This document shows, in pieces, positions 1-8,771 of a DNA stretch of 27,950 nt. Numbering within the stretch: position 1 is the stretch's first letter; each line of letters opens with the position of its first letter. The stretch is taken from positions 1-27,950 of IMG/VR virus record IMGVR_UViG_3300037458_000735; one strand, given 5' to 3'. A program made the position numbers and the translations under genes. The notes beneath the pieces are model-generated. The model made no database searches. It worked only from the letters and a program-made list of their open reading frames with translations, and was not told the origin of the DNA. The DNA is from a virus. Its lineage: Duplodnaviria > Caudoviricetes.

Positions 1-1
1 G

Positions 2-385
2 GTCCGAAGACCGCTGATCTGGGCGGGCTGGCAAGATCCGCTCGGCCCGGCGGAGGCGATGCGGGAGCAGGATCACGAGTTGGTCGGCATGCGCGAGTTC
101 TTGGCCGCCTGGCACAAGGCGTGCCCTGAGCCGATCACGGCGGCCGACCTATCTGACCTAGTGCGGGCTCGGGTGCCCATGATGGGGGACGGCTGGGCGC
201 CGCAGTGGCCGGCGCTGCAAGACGCCGCGATCCAGGTCATGGGTGATCTGCCCAAGTGGGGGGCCCGCGAGTTGGGCTATCGCCTGCGGGCGATGGCCGG
301 GCGCCTCTTCGACGGGGCGCGGGTCGCCAAGCGCAAGGGTGACCGTGACGGCAAAACCCGTTGGCTCGTGGAGGTCGAGGGCTGA
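2..385 (+). CDS. C-terminal part of a phage replication protein (primase/helicase-like), 5'-truncated by the window edge
   Basis: The frame is open from base 2 (VRRPLIWAGWQDPLG...). It resembles the C-terminus of phage primase/helicase proteins and is followed directly by an iteron-like inverted repeat. The function is inferred mainly from context. Confidence 0.5.
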   Translation, partial: VRRPLIWAGWQDPLGPAEAMREQDHELVGMREFLAAWHKACPEPITAADLSDLVRARVPMMGDGWAPQWPALQDAAIQVMGDLPKWGARELGYRLRAMAGRLFDGARVAKRKGDRDGKTRWLVEVEG

Positions 386-502
386 GTGCGGGTGATGCGG
401 GTGATGCTGGGGATGTTTCTCCCTTCGACGGAAAAGTGTCAGTGTTTGAGAAAAAAATAGAAGAGATGGAAATATCACCCGCATCACCCGCATCACCCGC
501 AC
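386..502. repeat. 34-bp inverted repeat made of 3x 9-bp units (GCGGGTGAT / ATCACCCGC) around an A-rich spacer; candidate replication origin
   Basis: 386-419 GTGCGGGTGATGCGGGTGATGCTGGGGATGTTTC matches the reverse complement of 469-502 with 3 mismatches. The spacer contains GAGAAAAAAATAGAAGAG. Confidence 0.75.
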
Positions 503-521
503 CATGTCCGAGTGAGGCTAC

Positions 522-704
522 ATGCTGACCAGTGACGAGAAGCTGCAGATCGCCAGGGCGCGCGGCGTGTCGGTCAAGACCGTGGAGCGCTGGGCGCGCG
601 TTGGTGGTGAGGATGCGGCGAGGACAAGGCGGCCTGTCTCCAGATCGGAGGCGGGGCGGATGGGCGGCAAGAAATCGCGGTGGGGGGAATCGCTGTGGAA
701 GTGA
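522..704 (+). CDS. Small HTH DNA-binding protein
   Basis: 60 aa with HTH-like IARARGVSVKTVERWAR. GAGG precedes the ATG, and the stop overlaps the next GTG (GTGA). Confidence 0.55.
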   Translation: MLTSDEKLQIARARGVSVKTVERWARVGGEDAARTRRPVSRSEAGRMGGKKSRWGESLWK

Positions 705-1099
705 CATCGGTCTATGTCCGGGCCTGTCTGGTCCGGTGGGGTGAGTGGCTTAGGCACGGCGGTGGAGGCGCCTGCGGGTACCCGTCGACGACGTGTGAGG
801 GGAGGCTGCGGCGCGATGGGACCCTGGTGCGTGGGTCTGGGGTGCGTGTCGTTGGGGATGATCCGCTGGCAGAGCGCCTGGATCGCATCATCGCCCGCCT
901 GTCGTGCGATGACCGGCGCTGGCCGCTGATGCTGCGCCGCTACTACGGGTCTGAGGCCACGACCTACGAGCAAGTGGCTGAGGCGGTCTGTCGGGAGTAT
1001 GGGGATCGGGTCTCTGGCGAGTGCGTGCGCCGATGGATGCGCGAGGCGGAGGCGACCATCCGCGGCGAGCTACGCGCACATCAAAGCATCGGGGCTTGA
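701..1099 (+). CDS. Late-gene antitermination protein, Q-like
   Basis: N-terminal LxxWGEWxR...GYPS motif and C-terminal HTH-like segment. It sits directly before a promoter/terminator pair and cos/terminase, the lambdoid Q position. The start was chosen from the GTGA overlap. Confidence 0.7.
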   Translation: MTSVYVRACLVRWGEWLRHGGGGACGYPSTTCEGRLRRDGTLVRGSGVRVVGDDPLAERLDRIIARLSCDDRRWPLMLRRYYGSEATTYEQVAEAVCREYGDRVSGECVRRWMREAEATIRGELRAHQSIGA

Positions 1100-1127
1100 C
1101 AACCGGTACGGCGCAAGCTACTAAAGT
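1096..1127 (+). promoter_or_regulatory. Putative late promoter (pR'-like)
   Basis: Perfect TTGACA at 1096-1101, overlapping the Q stop. A -10-like TACTAA lies at 17-bp spacing (1119-1124), or TAAAGT at 1122-1127. Confidence 0.55.
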
Positions 1128-1147
1128 AGCCAAGCTGAACAACTCCG

Positions 1148-1185
1148 CCCGCACGCACCACAACGGTGCGAGCGGGTTTTTTTTT
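1148..1185 (+). terminator. Intrinsic terminator (tR'-like)
   Basis: Stem CCCGCACGCACC / GGTGCGAGCGGG with one mismatch and a 5-nt loop, followed by 9 T. Confidence 0.85.
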
Positions 1186-1236
1186 GGGTCCTTCCCGGCC
1201 CTCTCGCCGTCTGCGCAACGGAAGGCCGCGGGCTTT
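1186..1236 (+). other. Candidate lambda-like cos (cosQ plus cosN region)
   Basis: GGGTCCT (identical to lambda cosQ) at 1186-1192, then 23 nt ending in CG, an 11-nt core and CGCGGGCTTT. This mirrors lambda GGGTCCT-23nt-12nt-CGCGGGTTTT and lies just upstream of the small terminase. Confidence 0.6.
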
Positions 1237-1266
1237 GGGTGGTTCGAGTGGGCTAAGCGGGGATAC

Positions 1267-1821
1267 ATGGTTGCCGTGACTGATCTCGATGGGCTTGCCA
1301 CCGTGGTCGGATTCGGTGGCCTGGTCGGGATCTCGCACGTCAACGTCATCAAGGCGCGCGATGCCGGGACCCTGGTCGAGGGCGCGACTTACCGCCAGTG
1401 GCTGCTGGCCTACTGCCATGCGCTGCGCGAGGTCGCGGCCGGGCGCTCGGGCGAGCATCAAGCGTCCTTGACCTTGGCGCGGATCGACCAAGCCAAGGCC
1501 GATACGGCCTGGAAGCTGATGCAGACCTACGAGCGCACCAACCAGGTGGCCGCGGCGGTGCAGCCTTTGATGGACGCCTGGGCCGACTTCCTGCGCTCCG
1601 CGGTGATGGCGGGCGGCCAGCGCATCCTGGAGAACCTTGCCGAGATCGGCGCCGACGTGAGCCCAGATGTCATCCTTGCCCCCCTGCGCGCTGCCCTCCG
1701 AGCTGGCGCGCAGTATCCGTGCGGCCTTAATCCGGACGATGGTCAGCGCGGGACAGAGGCTGGTGCCATCGGCGCCGATGCCGACGGCGGAGTGGGCGAG
1801 CCGCTACCTGAGGCTGCCTGA
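1267..1821 (+). CDS. Terminase small subunit (Nu1-like)
   Basis: N-terminal wHTH-like FGGLVGISHVNV...WLLAYCHALREVAAGR followed by a coiled coil. It lies between cos and the large terminase and overlaps the latter. Confidence 0.8.
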   Translation: MVAVTDLDGLATVVGFGGLVGISHVNVIKARDAGTLVEGATYRQWLLAYCHALREVAAGRSGEHQASLTLARIDQAKADTAWKLMQTYERTNQVAAAVQPLMDAWADFLRSAVMAGGQRILENLAEIGADVSPDVILAPLRAALRAGAQYPCGLNPDDGQRGTEAGAIGADADGGVGEPLPEAA

Positions 1822-3766
1822 CTCGCAAGCCGACGTGCCAGGGGAGTATTCCCCGCACTATGCGCCCTACCTTCTCGGGGTGTTCCACTCCCTGGACTCG
1901 GACGACCCAGAGACGGTGTGCATGAAGGCCGCTCAGATCGGCTGGACCTTCGGCCTGCTGGCCTACTTGGGACAGCGGATCGACCGCGACCCCTGTGCCA
2001 TGGTCGGGCTGTTCTCGGGCGAGGAGGCCGCCAAGGAATTCGTCGACGAAAAGCTCGTTCCGGTGATCGAGGCGACGCCGGTCCTGGCCGGTAAGGTGGA
2101 CACCTCGCGGGCCCGCAAGACCGGGAACAGGGCGCTGTACAAGCAGTTCCCTGGCGGGTTTCTGAAGCTCGGCGGGTCAAGAAGCGTACACAAGGTCAAG
2201 TCCACCCCGGCCGCGTTGGTCCTGGTGGAAGAGCCGGACGACGCCAAGGAGAACCTGCGCGACCAGGGAGACGCGATCAAGCTGCTCTGGGAGCGCGCCA
2301 AGCGCTTCCGGCGCGGCAAGCGCATCCTCGGCGGCACGCCCTCGCTCAAGGGCCTGTCCCGGGTCGAGGCGCACCTTGAACGTTCGGACAAGCGGGTCCT
2401 GCCGATTCGCTGTCACGCTTGCGGTGAGGCGCACGTCCTGTCCTGGGACAACGTCTCCTGGTTAGATGCCGAGGAAGGTCCAGAGCATGCGGTCTACGGT
2501 CGCGCCCGGCCAGAGACTGCGCTCTATGTCTGCCCGGCCTGCGGTGATGGGTGGGGCGATGCCCAGCGCAAGGCCAACATCCGCGCCACCGTGTTCGAGG
2601 CCCGTGACGCCGGTGACCCCTGGTGCGGCTGGACGCCGACCGCCGACTACCACGGCGTGCGCGGCTTCCACGAGCTCGGCGAGGTCTACTCCTGCCTGCC
2701 TGGGGTCGGCCTGGCGGAGCTGGTCCGGGACTACCTGGAGGCCCAGCACCGCCGCGGCCAGGGCGATGAGAACGCCTGGATCGTCTTCGTCAACAGCAAG
2801 CTCGGGCGGCCCTACGAGTTCCAGGGCGACGAGATTCAGGCCGAGACCTTGGCCGAGCGTGGCGAGGCCTACCCGGAATGGGTCATCCCGTCCGGCGGGC
2901 TTCTGGTCACGGTCGGTATCGACGTACAGCACGACCGGCTCTACGTGGTGTTCCGCGCCTGGGGTCGCGGGGCGGAGAGCTGGCTCTTGTGGTTCGGCGA
3001 GGTGCCTGCCGAGAAGACCACCCTCGACAAGACCGACCGCTGTTGGACCGATCTTGACGACCTGGTCTTTCGCCAGATCCGCTCGGCGGACGGGTGGGTG
3101 ACCTCGGCGGCGGCGGTCAGCATCGACAGCTCCGACGGCTACACCTCCGAGGCCGTCTATGACTGGGTACGCACCCGTAACCGCAAGCGCGGACGGGTGC
3201 ACGTCATGGCCATCAAGGGCGACGCCAATCGCATCGATGCGGAGCCCTTCCGGACTCCGAGCAAGCGCATCGACCATCGCCGCCCGGATCGCCAGACCAA
3301 GGCCGACCGGCACGGCGTCCTGGTCTACCTGGTCGGCACTCACAAGGCCAAGGACTGGCTGGACGGTCACATCCGTCTGACCGGTGCCGGCCCGGGCCGC
3401 TGGCACTGGTACTCGGGCGTGCGCCCCGAGTACCTCGAACATCTGACCGCCGAGGTGCGCGCCCCGCACCGTCACTACGGCGGACGCAAGGTCTGGCAGC
3501 TCAAGGTTGGGCGCGAGAACCACGGCCTGGACTGCGAGGTGTACGCCCTGCATGCGGCCTGGTCGCAGCAAGTGCACACCAAGACCGATGCCAAATGGGC
3601 CGAACTGGAGACGGCGTTACGCCAGCCTGACCTGTTCGGCCAAGAGACTGCTCCCGCCGCCATCGCGGGACTCCAGGCGCGGCCGGATGCGCCCGCAGAG
3701 CAAGTTCCGGCAACCCTTGCGCCGGGTCGCGACCTCGCGGCCCTGGCCAGACAACTGAACGGGTGA
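1667..3766 (+). CDS. Terminase large subunit, lambda GpA family (start uncertain, possibly 1739)
   Basis: Walker A-like MKAAQIGWT, Walker B VLVEE, GGTP coupling motif, CxxC...CxxC Zn motif, nuclease VGIDVQ and ENHGLDCEVYA. Confidence 0.95.
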   Translation: MSSLPPCALPSELARSIRAALIRTMVSAGQRLVPSAPMPTAEWASRYLRLPDSQADVPGEYSPHYAPYLLGVFHSLDSDDPETVCMKAAQIGWTFGLLAYLGQRIDRDPCAMVGLFSGEEAAKEFVDEKLVPVIEATPVLAGKVDTSRARKTGNRALYKQFPGGFLKLGGSRSVHKVKSTPAALVLVEEPDDAKENLRDQGDAIKLLWERAKRFRRGKRILGGTPSLKGLSRVEAHLERSDKRVLPIRCHACGEAHVLSWDNVSWLDAEEGPEHAVYGRARPETALYVCPACGDGWGDAQRKANIRATVFEARDAGDPWCGWTPTADYHGVRGFHELGEVYSCLPGVGLAELVRDYLEAQHRRGQGDENAWIVFVNSKLGRPYEFQGDEIQAETLAERGEAYPEWVIPSGGLLVTVGIDVQHDRLYVVFRAWGRGAESWLLWFGEVPAEKTTLDKTDRCWTDLDDLVFRQIRSADGWVTSAAAVSIDSSDGYTSEAVYDWVRTRNRKRGRVHVMAIKGDANRIDAEPFRTPSKRIDHRRPDRQTKADRHGVLVYLVGTHKAKDWLDGHIRLTGAGPGRWHWYSGVRPEYLEHLTAEVRAPHRHYGGRKVWQLKVGRENHGLDCEVYALHAAWSQQVHTKTDAKWAELETALRQPDLFGQETAPAAIAGLQARPDAPAEQVPATLAPGRDLAALARQLNG

Positions 3767-4146
3767 ACATGTACAGACTGAGCCAGCGCAGTTGGCAGCG
3801 ACTCAAGGGCGTAGACCCCCGCCTGGTGGCCGTGGTCGCCGGTGCCTTACGCCATGCCACCAACGATTTCACCGTCCTCGAATGCCTCCGGACCCAGGAG
3901 CGTCAGCGCGAGTTGGTCGCCGCCGGCAAGAGTCAGACCCAGCGCAGCCGCCACCTCACCGGGCACGCGGTCGACCTTGGCGTCCTGGTGGACGGGCAAG
4001 TGTCCTGGCAGTTCGACCTCTACCGCGACCTGGCCGCGGCCATGCAGCGTTCCGCTGACGAGCTTGGCGTCGGCATCGTCTGGGGCGGCACCTGGACCAG
4101 CCTGCGCGACGGTCCCCACTTCCAGCTTGAGGAGCCCAAGCCCTAA
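3763..4146 (+). CDS. Endolysin, M15 family (L-Ala-D-Glu peptidase-like)
   Basis: LRTQERQREL, SRHLTGHAVD and DGPHFQL zinc-peptidase motifs. Confidence 0.9.
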   Translation: MNMYRLSQRSWQRLKGVDPRLVAVVAGALRHATNDFTVLECLRTQERQRELVAAGKSQTQRSRHLTGHAVDLGVLVDGQVSWQFDLYRDLAAAMQRSADELGVGIVWGGTWTSLRDGPHFQLEEPKP

Positions 4147-4148
4147 TC

Positions 4149-4364
4149 ATGGCCACTTGTGCCGAGAAGCTCGCCGAGGCCCGCGACGCCCTGCACGGCC
4201 TGTTGGTAGGCAAGGCGGTGGTCTCCATCGCCTTCGAGGGCGAGCGCACCGAGTTCGCGCGTTCCGACCTGCCCCGGCTGCGGGCCTATGTCCGCGAGCT
4301 TGAGGCCGAGTGCGGCGAGGACCTCGCCTCTGCCCGCCGCGCCCCGGCCCGGGTCCTGTACTGA
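4149..4364 (+). CDS. Head-tail joining protein, gpW-like
   Basis: 71 aa with the gpW pattern ARDALHGLLVGKAVVSI..EGERTEF...LRAYVRELE, located before the portal. Confidence 0.85.
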   Translation: MATCAEKLAEARDALHGLLVGKAVVSIAFEGERTEFARSDLPRLRAYVRELEAECGEDLASARRAPARVLY

Positions 4365-4660
4365 TGGACGTCGAACGCCTGATCGAGATCTTTGCCCCAG
4401 AGTACGCCCCCCCCATGGAAAACCGCGCCAGCTACCAAGTCGGTGGCCACCATTACGCCAGGCTGTCCGTGCAGCCCTGGGAGGCCATGGAAGCCTGGAT
4501 GGCGCCGGAGGAGTTCCGCGGCTTTCTGCGCGGCAACGCCATCAAGTACCTGGCCCGCGTCGGTCGCAAGCCGGGCGCGACGGAGGCCGAGGACCTGCGC
4601 AAAGCCAGGCACTACCTCGAACGCCTGATCGCCACCTATCGCCAGCCACCCGTGGTCTAA
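4364..4660 (+). CDS. DUF3310-family protein (T7 gp1.7/SaV-like)
   Basis: QVGGHHY...QPWE...GFLRGNAIKYLAR...K...EDLRKARHYLERLI signature. The ATG overlaps the gpW TGA. Confidence 0.85.
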   Translation: MDVERLIEIFAPEYAPPMENRASYQVGGHHYARLSVQPWEAMEAWMAPEEFRGFLRGNAIKYLARVGRKPGATEAEDLRKARHYLERLIATYRQPPVV

Positions 4661-4661
4661 G

Positions 4662-6254
4662 ATGAGCCCAAGCGCCCATAACCTGCCTCGCCTTCTGGAC
4701 GCAGACGGGCGCCCGTTGCGCGCCCTGGCCTCGGCCTACGACCCAAGCGCCTACCGCGGCGCCAGTCGGGTCGACCGCGAGCTGCACACCTGGGACGCGC
4801 TCCTGCGCAGTCCCGACGCCGCCCTGTTGCGCGACCTGCCGACCCTGGTCGCGCGCACCGAAGACCTGGTCCGCAACTCCGGGCTCATGTCCGGCGCCGT
4901 CCAGCTCTACCTGGACACCGTCATCGGCTCCGGGCTGCGCCTGAGCGCCAAGCCGGACTGGCGGGCGCTCGGCCAGTCCCCCGAGTGGGCGGCCGAGTGG
5001 GGTCGCAGCGTCGAGGCCAAGTTCCGCCTCTGGGCCTACGACATCGACCGCGCGAGCGACGCCGGCCGGCGCCTGTCCCTGGCCGGACGCCTGGGCCAGG
5101 TGTGCCGGTCGCTCCTGCTCAAGGGGCAATCCTTCGCCGTGGCCGAGTGGCGCCCGGAGCGCCCCTACGCGACTTGCATCCGCATGATCAACCCGGACCG
5201 GGTGGAGAACCCGCGGGGCTTGCCAGACGGTCTTTACCTGCGCCGCGGCATCGTTCTCGACCAGGATGGGGCCGCCGCGGCCTACTGGATTCGCGACGGA
5301 CACCCGACCGACTACCAGCTTGGCGCCAAGACCACGACTTGGCGCGAGGTCCCGGCCGCCACCCCCTGGGGGCGCCGCCGGGTGCTGCATGTCTATGACC
5401 AGGAACTCGCCGGTCAGAGCCATGGCAAGAGCCCCTTCGCGGCCCTCCTGCGGCGTGCCAAGAAGCTCGACCGCTGGGAAGACGTGACGCTCGAGTCCGC
5501 CATCATCAACGCCATGTTCGCCGCCACCATCGAGAGCGACCTCGCCTCGGCGGTGGACGCCATCGGCGGGACCGACCTGACCGACTACATGGGTCAGGTT
5601 CTCCAGTGGCAGAGCGGCAAGGCGGTCGAGTTCGACGGCGCCAAGATCCCGCACCTCTTCCCGGGCGAGAAGCTCAACCTCAACCGCCCGGAGCAGCCGA
5701 CCGCCAACTTCAGCGCCTTCGAGGACGCCTTCAACCGCCACTTCGCCGCTGGGCTTGGCATGTCCTTCGAGCAATACGCCAAGGACTACAGCCAGACCAA
5801 CTACAGCGGTGCCAGGGCCGGCATGCTCGATGCCTGGCGCACCTTTCAGGCCAAGCGCACTTTGATCCAGGAGGCCCACGCCACCCAGGAATATGCCCTC
5901 TGGCTCGAAGAGGCCATGGACCGCGGAGACGTGGAGACCCCGCCCGGTGCGCCTGCGTTCGCCGCGGCCAAGACCGCCTGGTGCTGGTGCGCCTGGATCG
6001 GTCCAGGCCGCGGCCATATCGACCCCCTCAAGGACGCCAAGGGTACCGCGCTCGAACTCGAATACGGCGCGACCACCCTGGAGCAGTGGTGCGCCGAGCA
6101 GGGCCGCGACTGGGAGGAGGTCATGGAACAGCGCGCCCTGGAATTGCGCCGCCAACGCGACCTCGAAGCCCTGCACGGCATCCGCTTCGAGTCCGATGCC
6201 CGCATCGCGGCGATGGCCGCCCCGACCGAAGACCATGGAGACGCACCGGCATGA
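4662..6254 (+). CDS. Portal protein, lambda gpB family
   Basis: 530 aa. Motifs ARTEDLVRN, IPHLFPGEKL, DYSQTNYSGARA and WIGPGRGHIDPLKD. Confidence 0.95.
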   Translation: MSPSAHNLPRLLDADGRPLRALASAYDPSAYRGASRVDRELHTWDALLRSPDAALLRDLPTLVARTEDLVRNSGLMSGAVQLYLDTVIGSGLRLSAKPDWRALGQSPEWAAEWGRSVEAKFRLWAYDIDRASDAGRRLSLAGRLGQVCRSLLLKGQSFAVAEWRPERPYATCIRMINPDRVENPRGLPDGLYLRRGIVLDQDGAAAAYWIRDGHPTDYQLGAKTTTWREVPAATPWGRRRVLHVYDQELAGQSHGKSPFAALLRRAKKLDRWEDVTLESAIINAMFAATIESDLASAVDAIGGTDLTDYMGQVLQWQSGKAVEFDGAKIPHLFPGEKLNLNRPEQPTANFSAFEDAFNRHFAAGLGMSFEQYAKDYSQTNYSGARAGMLDAWRTFQAKRTLIQEAHATQEYALWLEEAMDRGDVETPPGAPAFAAAKTAWCWCAWIGPGRGHIDPLKDAKGTALELEYGATTLEQWCAEQGRDWEEVMEQRALELRRQRDLEALHGIRFESDARIAAMAAPTEDHGDAPA

Positions 6255-7561
6255 GCTTTCGCTACGCCCGGCACTTCGCCCGCATCTACAACACCCCGCT
6301 GCTGATCGCCCCGCATGCGCTCGACGCCATGCTGCCGGCCGTGGAGCGGGTGTTGCGTGGCCAAACCGGCCAAGTATCCGACCCGGATGCCCCGGCGGAC
6401 GCCCCGGCGCTCGCCCGCCGCGGGGCGCTCGGCATCATCCCCGTGCATGGGGTCCTGACCCACCGCGGCCAGTACGACGCCGCCTGTAACTACCTGCTCG
6501 GCTACCAGGACATCGGCGCCCTGCTCGGCGAGGCCCTGGCCGATCCGCAGATCGGCGAGATCGTACTGGATCTCGACAGCCCTGGGGGCGAGGTCGCCGG
6601 CTGCTTCGACCTGGCCGACCAGATCCGCGCCGCCACCGCGATCAAGCCCATCCACGCCGCCATCAACGACCTGGGATGCTCCGCCGCTTATGCCTTGGCC
6701 AGCGCCTGTACCAGCGTGAGCCTCACCCGCACCGCGCTCGTGGGGTCCATCGGCGTCGTCATGCGCCATGTGGACATGAGCCAGTGGCTGGCCAACGAGG
6801 GGGTGAAGGTGACGCACATCTTCGCTGGCGCCCACAAGGTGGACGGCAACCCCTACGAGCCCCTGCCAGAAGCGGTGCGCGGTCGCTTCCAGGACGAGAT
6901 CGACGCCCTGTACGGCCTGTTCGTGGCCACCGTAGCGCGCTACAGGGGCCTCTCCGAGGCCGCCGTGATCGACACCCAGGCCGATACCTACCTTGGCCAG
7001 GCCGCGGTAGACCGCGGCCTGGCAGACCGCGTGGAGAACATCCACGACATGATCTACCGCCTGAGCGCTGCCCGCTCTGGCTCCACCCCCCGACCGGAGA
7101 TCGCCATGTCCGCCACCGAATCCGCCACCGCACCGGTGGCCATCCTGGATCCCATCGCCCAGACCGATGCCGAGGCCGCCGTGACCCTCGCCAGCGCGAG
7201 GGCCGACGGCTACGCCGAAGGTCTGACGGCCGGCGCCGCCGCCGAGCGTACCCGCATCGCCGCCATCCTCGACCACCCGGCCGCCGCCGGCCGCGATGGC
7301 CTGGCCCGGCATATCGCCCTGACCACGGCTCTCGACCCAGAGCAGGCCGCGGCCATCCTTGCCGCGGCCCCCCAGGGCGTGGCCAAGGGCGGCCTGGCGG
7401 CGGCCATGGCTGCACTGCCGCCGATTTCCATCGGCCCTGGCGGCGAGCCGGAGGCCGGTCCCCTCACCAAGACCAGGGAGGCGTTCGCCGCCATGGACCC
7501 CAAGGCACGTCAGCAGTTCATCACGGCCGGCGGTCGCGTCGTCGACGCCGCTGCCGCCTAA
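6251..7561 (+). CDS. Prohead protease S49 family (gpC-like) with C-terminal scaffold
   Basis: DLDSPGGEVAG, CSAAYALASA, VGSIGV and KVDGNPYEPL motifs. The start overlaps the portal stop (ATGA). Confidence 0.92.
   Translation: MSFRYARHFARIYNTPLLIAPHALDAMLPAVERVLRGQTGQVSDPDAPADAPALARRGALGIIPVHGVLTHRGQYDAACNYLLGYQDIGALLGEALADPQIGEIVLDLDSPGGEVAGCFDLADQIRAATAIKPIHAAINDLGCSAAYALASACTSVSLTRTALVGSIGVVMRHVDMSQWLANEGVKVTHIFAGAHKVDGNPYEPLPEAVRGRFQDEIDALYGLFVATVARYRGLSEAAVIDTQADTYLGQAAVDRGLADRVENIHDMIYRLSAARSGSTPRPEIAMSATESATAPVAILDPIAQTDAEAAVTLASARADGYAEGLTAGAAAERTRIAAILDHPAAAGRDGLARHIALTTALDPEQAAAILAAAPQGVAKGGLAAAMAALPPISIGPGGEPEAGPLTKTREAFAAMDPKARQQFITAGGRVVDAAAA
7106..7561 (+). CDS. Putative in-frame scaffolding protein (Nu3-like internal start)
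   Basis: GGAG-N6-ATG in frame within the protease gene, followed by an Ala-rich segment with AERTRIAAIL. Lambda Nu3 is made the same way from gene C. Confidence 0.6.
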   Translation: MSATESATAPVAILDPIAQTDAEAAVTLASARADGYAEGLTAGAAAERTRIAAILDHPAAAGRDGLARHIALTTALDPEQAAAILAAAPQGVAKGGLAAAMAALPPISIGPGGEPEAGPLTKTREAFAAMDPKARQQFITAGGRVVDAAAA

Positions 7562-7597
7562 CCCCTACCAACATCAGCCAGCCACCCGGAGACCATC

Positions 7598-8755
7598 ATG
7601 TCCGATCGCACCATTACCAACCTGATCCCGTCCATTCATGCTGCGGTCGACGTCGTCTCCCGCGAGCTGATTGGCTTCATCCCCGCCGTCGACCGCGACC
7701 CGGACGCCAGCCGGGCCGCCATCGGACAGACCGTCTATAGCCCGGTTGTGGCCGCCAAGTCCGCCGTCGATGTGACCGCCGCTGTGGCCTCCCCGGACGC
7801 CGGAGATACCAACGTCGGCAACGTCGGTGTTGCCATCACCAAGTCCCGTGGCTGCCCGATCCGGTTCACCGGCGAGCAGACCATGGCTCTTGGGCAGCAG
7901 AACCACCAAACCATCGTGGCGAACGAGATTGCCCAGGCCATGCGCACCTTGGTCAACGAGATCGAGACCGATCTCGGCGCGTCGTACATCTACGCCTCCC
8001 GGGCCTACGGCACGGCCGGTACGGCGCCTTTCGGCTCCACGCCCAAGCTCGGCGACGCGGTCGGCGTCAAGGGGCTGCTGGACGACAACGGCGCGCCCGC
8101 CATGGGCCGCTCGCTGATCATCGGCAGCGCGGCAGAGGCCAACCTCGCCGCCCTGGCCAATCTCACCCAGGTGGGAGACGCCGGTAGCTCGGACTTCCTG
8201 CGCCGCGGCGTCGTTGGCGACATCTTCGGCTTCGGCGTCCGCAAGTCGAGCAAGATCGCCACCCATACCGCCGGCACCGGCGCGAACGCGACGACCAACA
8301 ACGCAGGCTATGCGGTGGGGGCGACGGCCCTGACCCTGGCCTCCGCCGGTACCGGAACCCTGCTTGCCGGCGACGTGGTGACCTTCGCGGGCGACACCAA
8401 CAAGTACGTCGTGACCTCCGGCGATACCGACGTGTCCGACGGCGGTACCCTGACCATCGCGGCCCCAGGACTCCTGGTGGCCATGTCCGCCGCAACCAAG
8501 GCCATCACCCGCGGCGCAGGCTACACCGCCAACATGGCCTTCAGCAGCAACGCTATCAAGCTGGCGACGCGGTTGCCGGCGATGCCGGAAGGGGGTGACG
8601 CCGCGGACGATGTCTACGTGGTCACTGACCCCCTGTCCGGGCTGTCCTTCGAGGTGGCTATCTATCGCCAGTACCGCCAGGTTCTGCTGATGGTCTCCAT
8701 CGCCTGGGGCGTCAAGGTCGTCAAGCCAGAGCACCTGGTCCTCCTGCTCGGCTAA
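7598..8755 (+). CDS. Major capsid protein, P22-coat-like, with a beta-rich insertion
   Basis: 385 aa after the protease with a GGAG RBS. DVVSRELIGFIPAV and DPLSGLSFEVAIYRQYRQV...WGVKVVKPEH are typical of P22-coat-like capsid proteins. Confidence 0.88.
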   Translation: MSDRTITNLIPSIHAAVDVVSRELIGFIPAVDRDPDASRAAIGQTVYSPVVAAKSAVDVTAAVASPDAGDTNVGNVGVAITKSRGCPIRFTGEQTMALGQQNHQTIVANEIAQAMRTLVNEIETDLGASYIYASRAYGTAGTAPFGSTPKLGDAVGVKGLLDDNGAPAMGRSLIIGSAAEANLAALANLTQVGDAGSSDFLRRGVVGDIFGFGVRKSSKIATHTAGTGANATTNNAGYAVGATALTLASAGTGTLLAGDVVTFAGDTNKYVVTSGDTDVSDGGTLTIAAPGLLVAMSAATKAITRGAGYTANMAFSSNAIKLATRLPAMPEGGDAADDVYVVTDPLSGLSFEVAIYRQYRQVLLMVSIAWGVKVVKPEHLVLLLG

Positions 8756-8771
8756 TCGACGAAAGCCCCAG

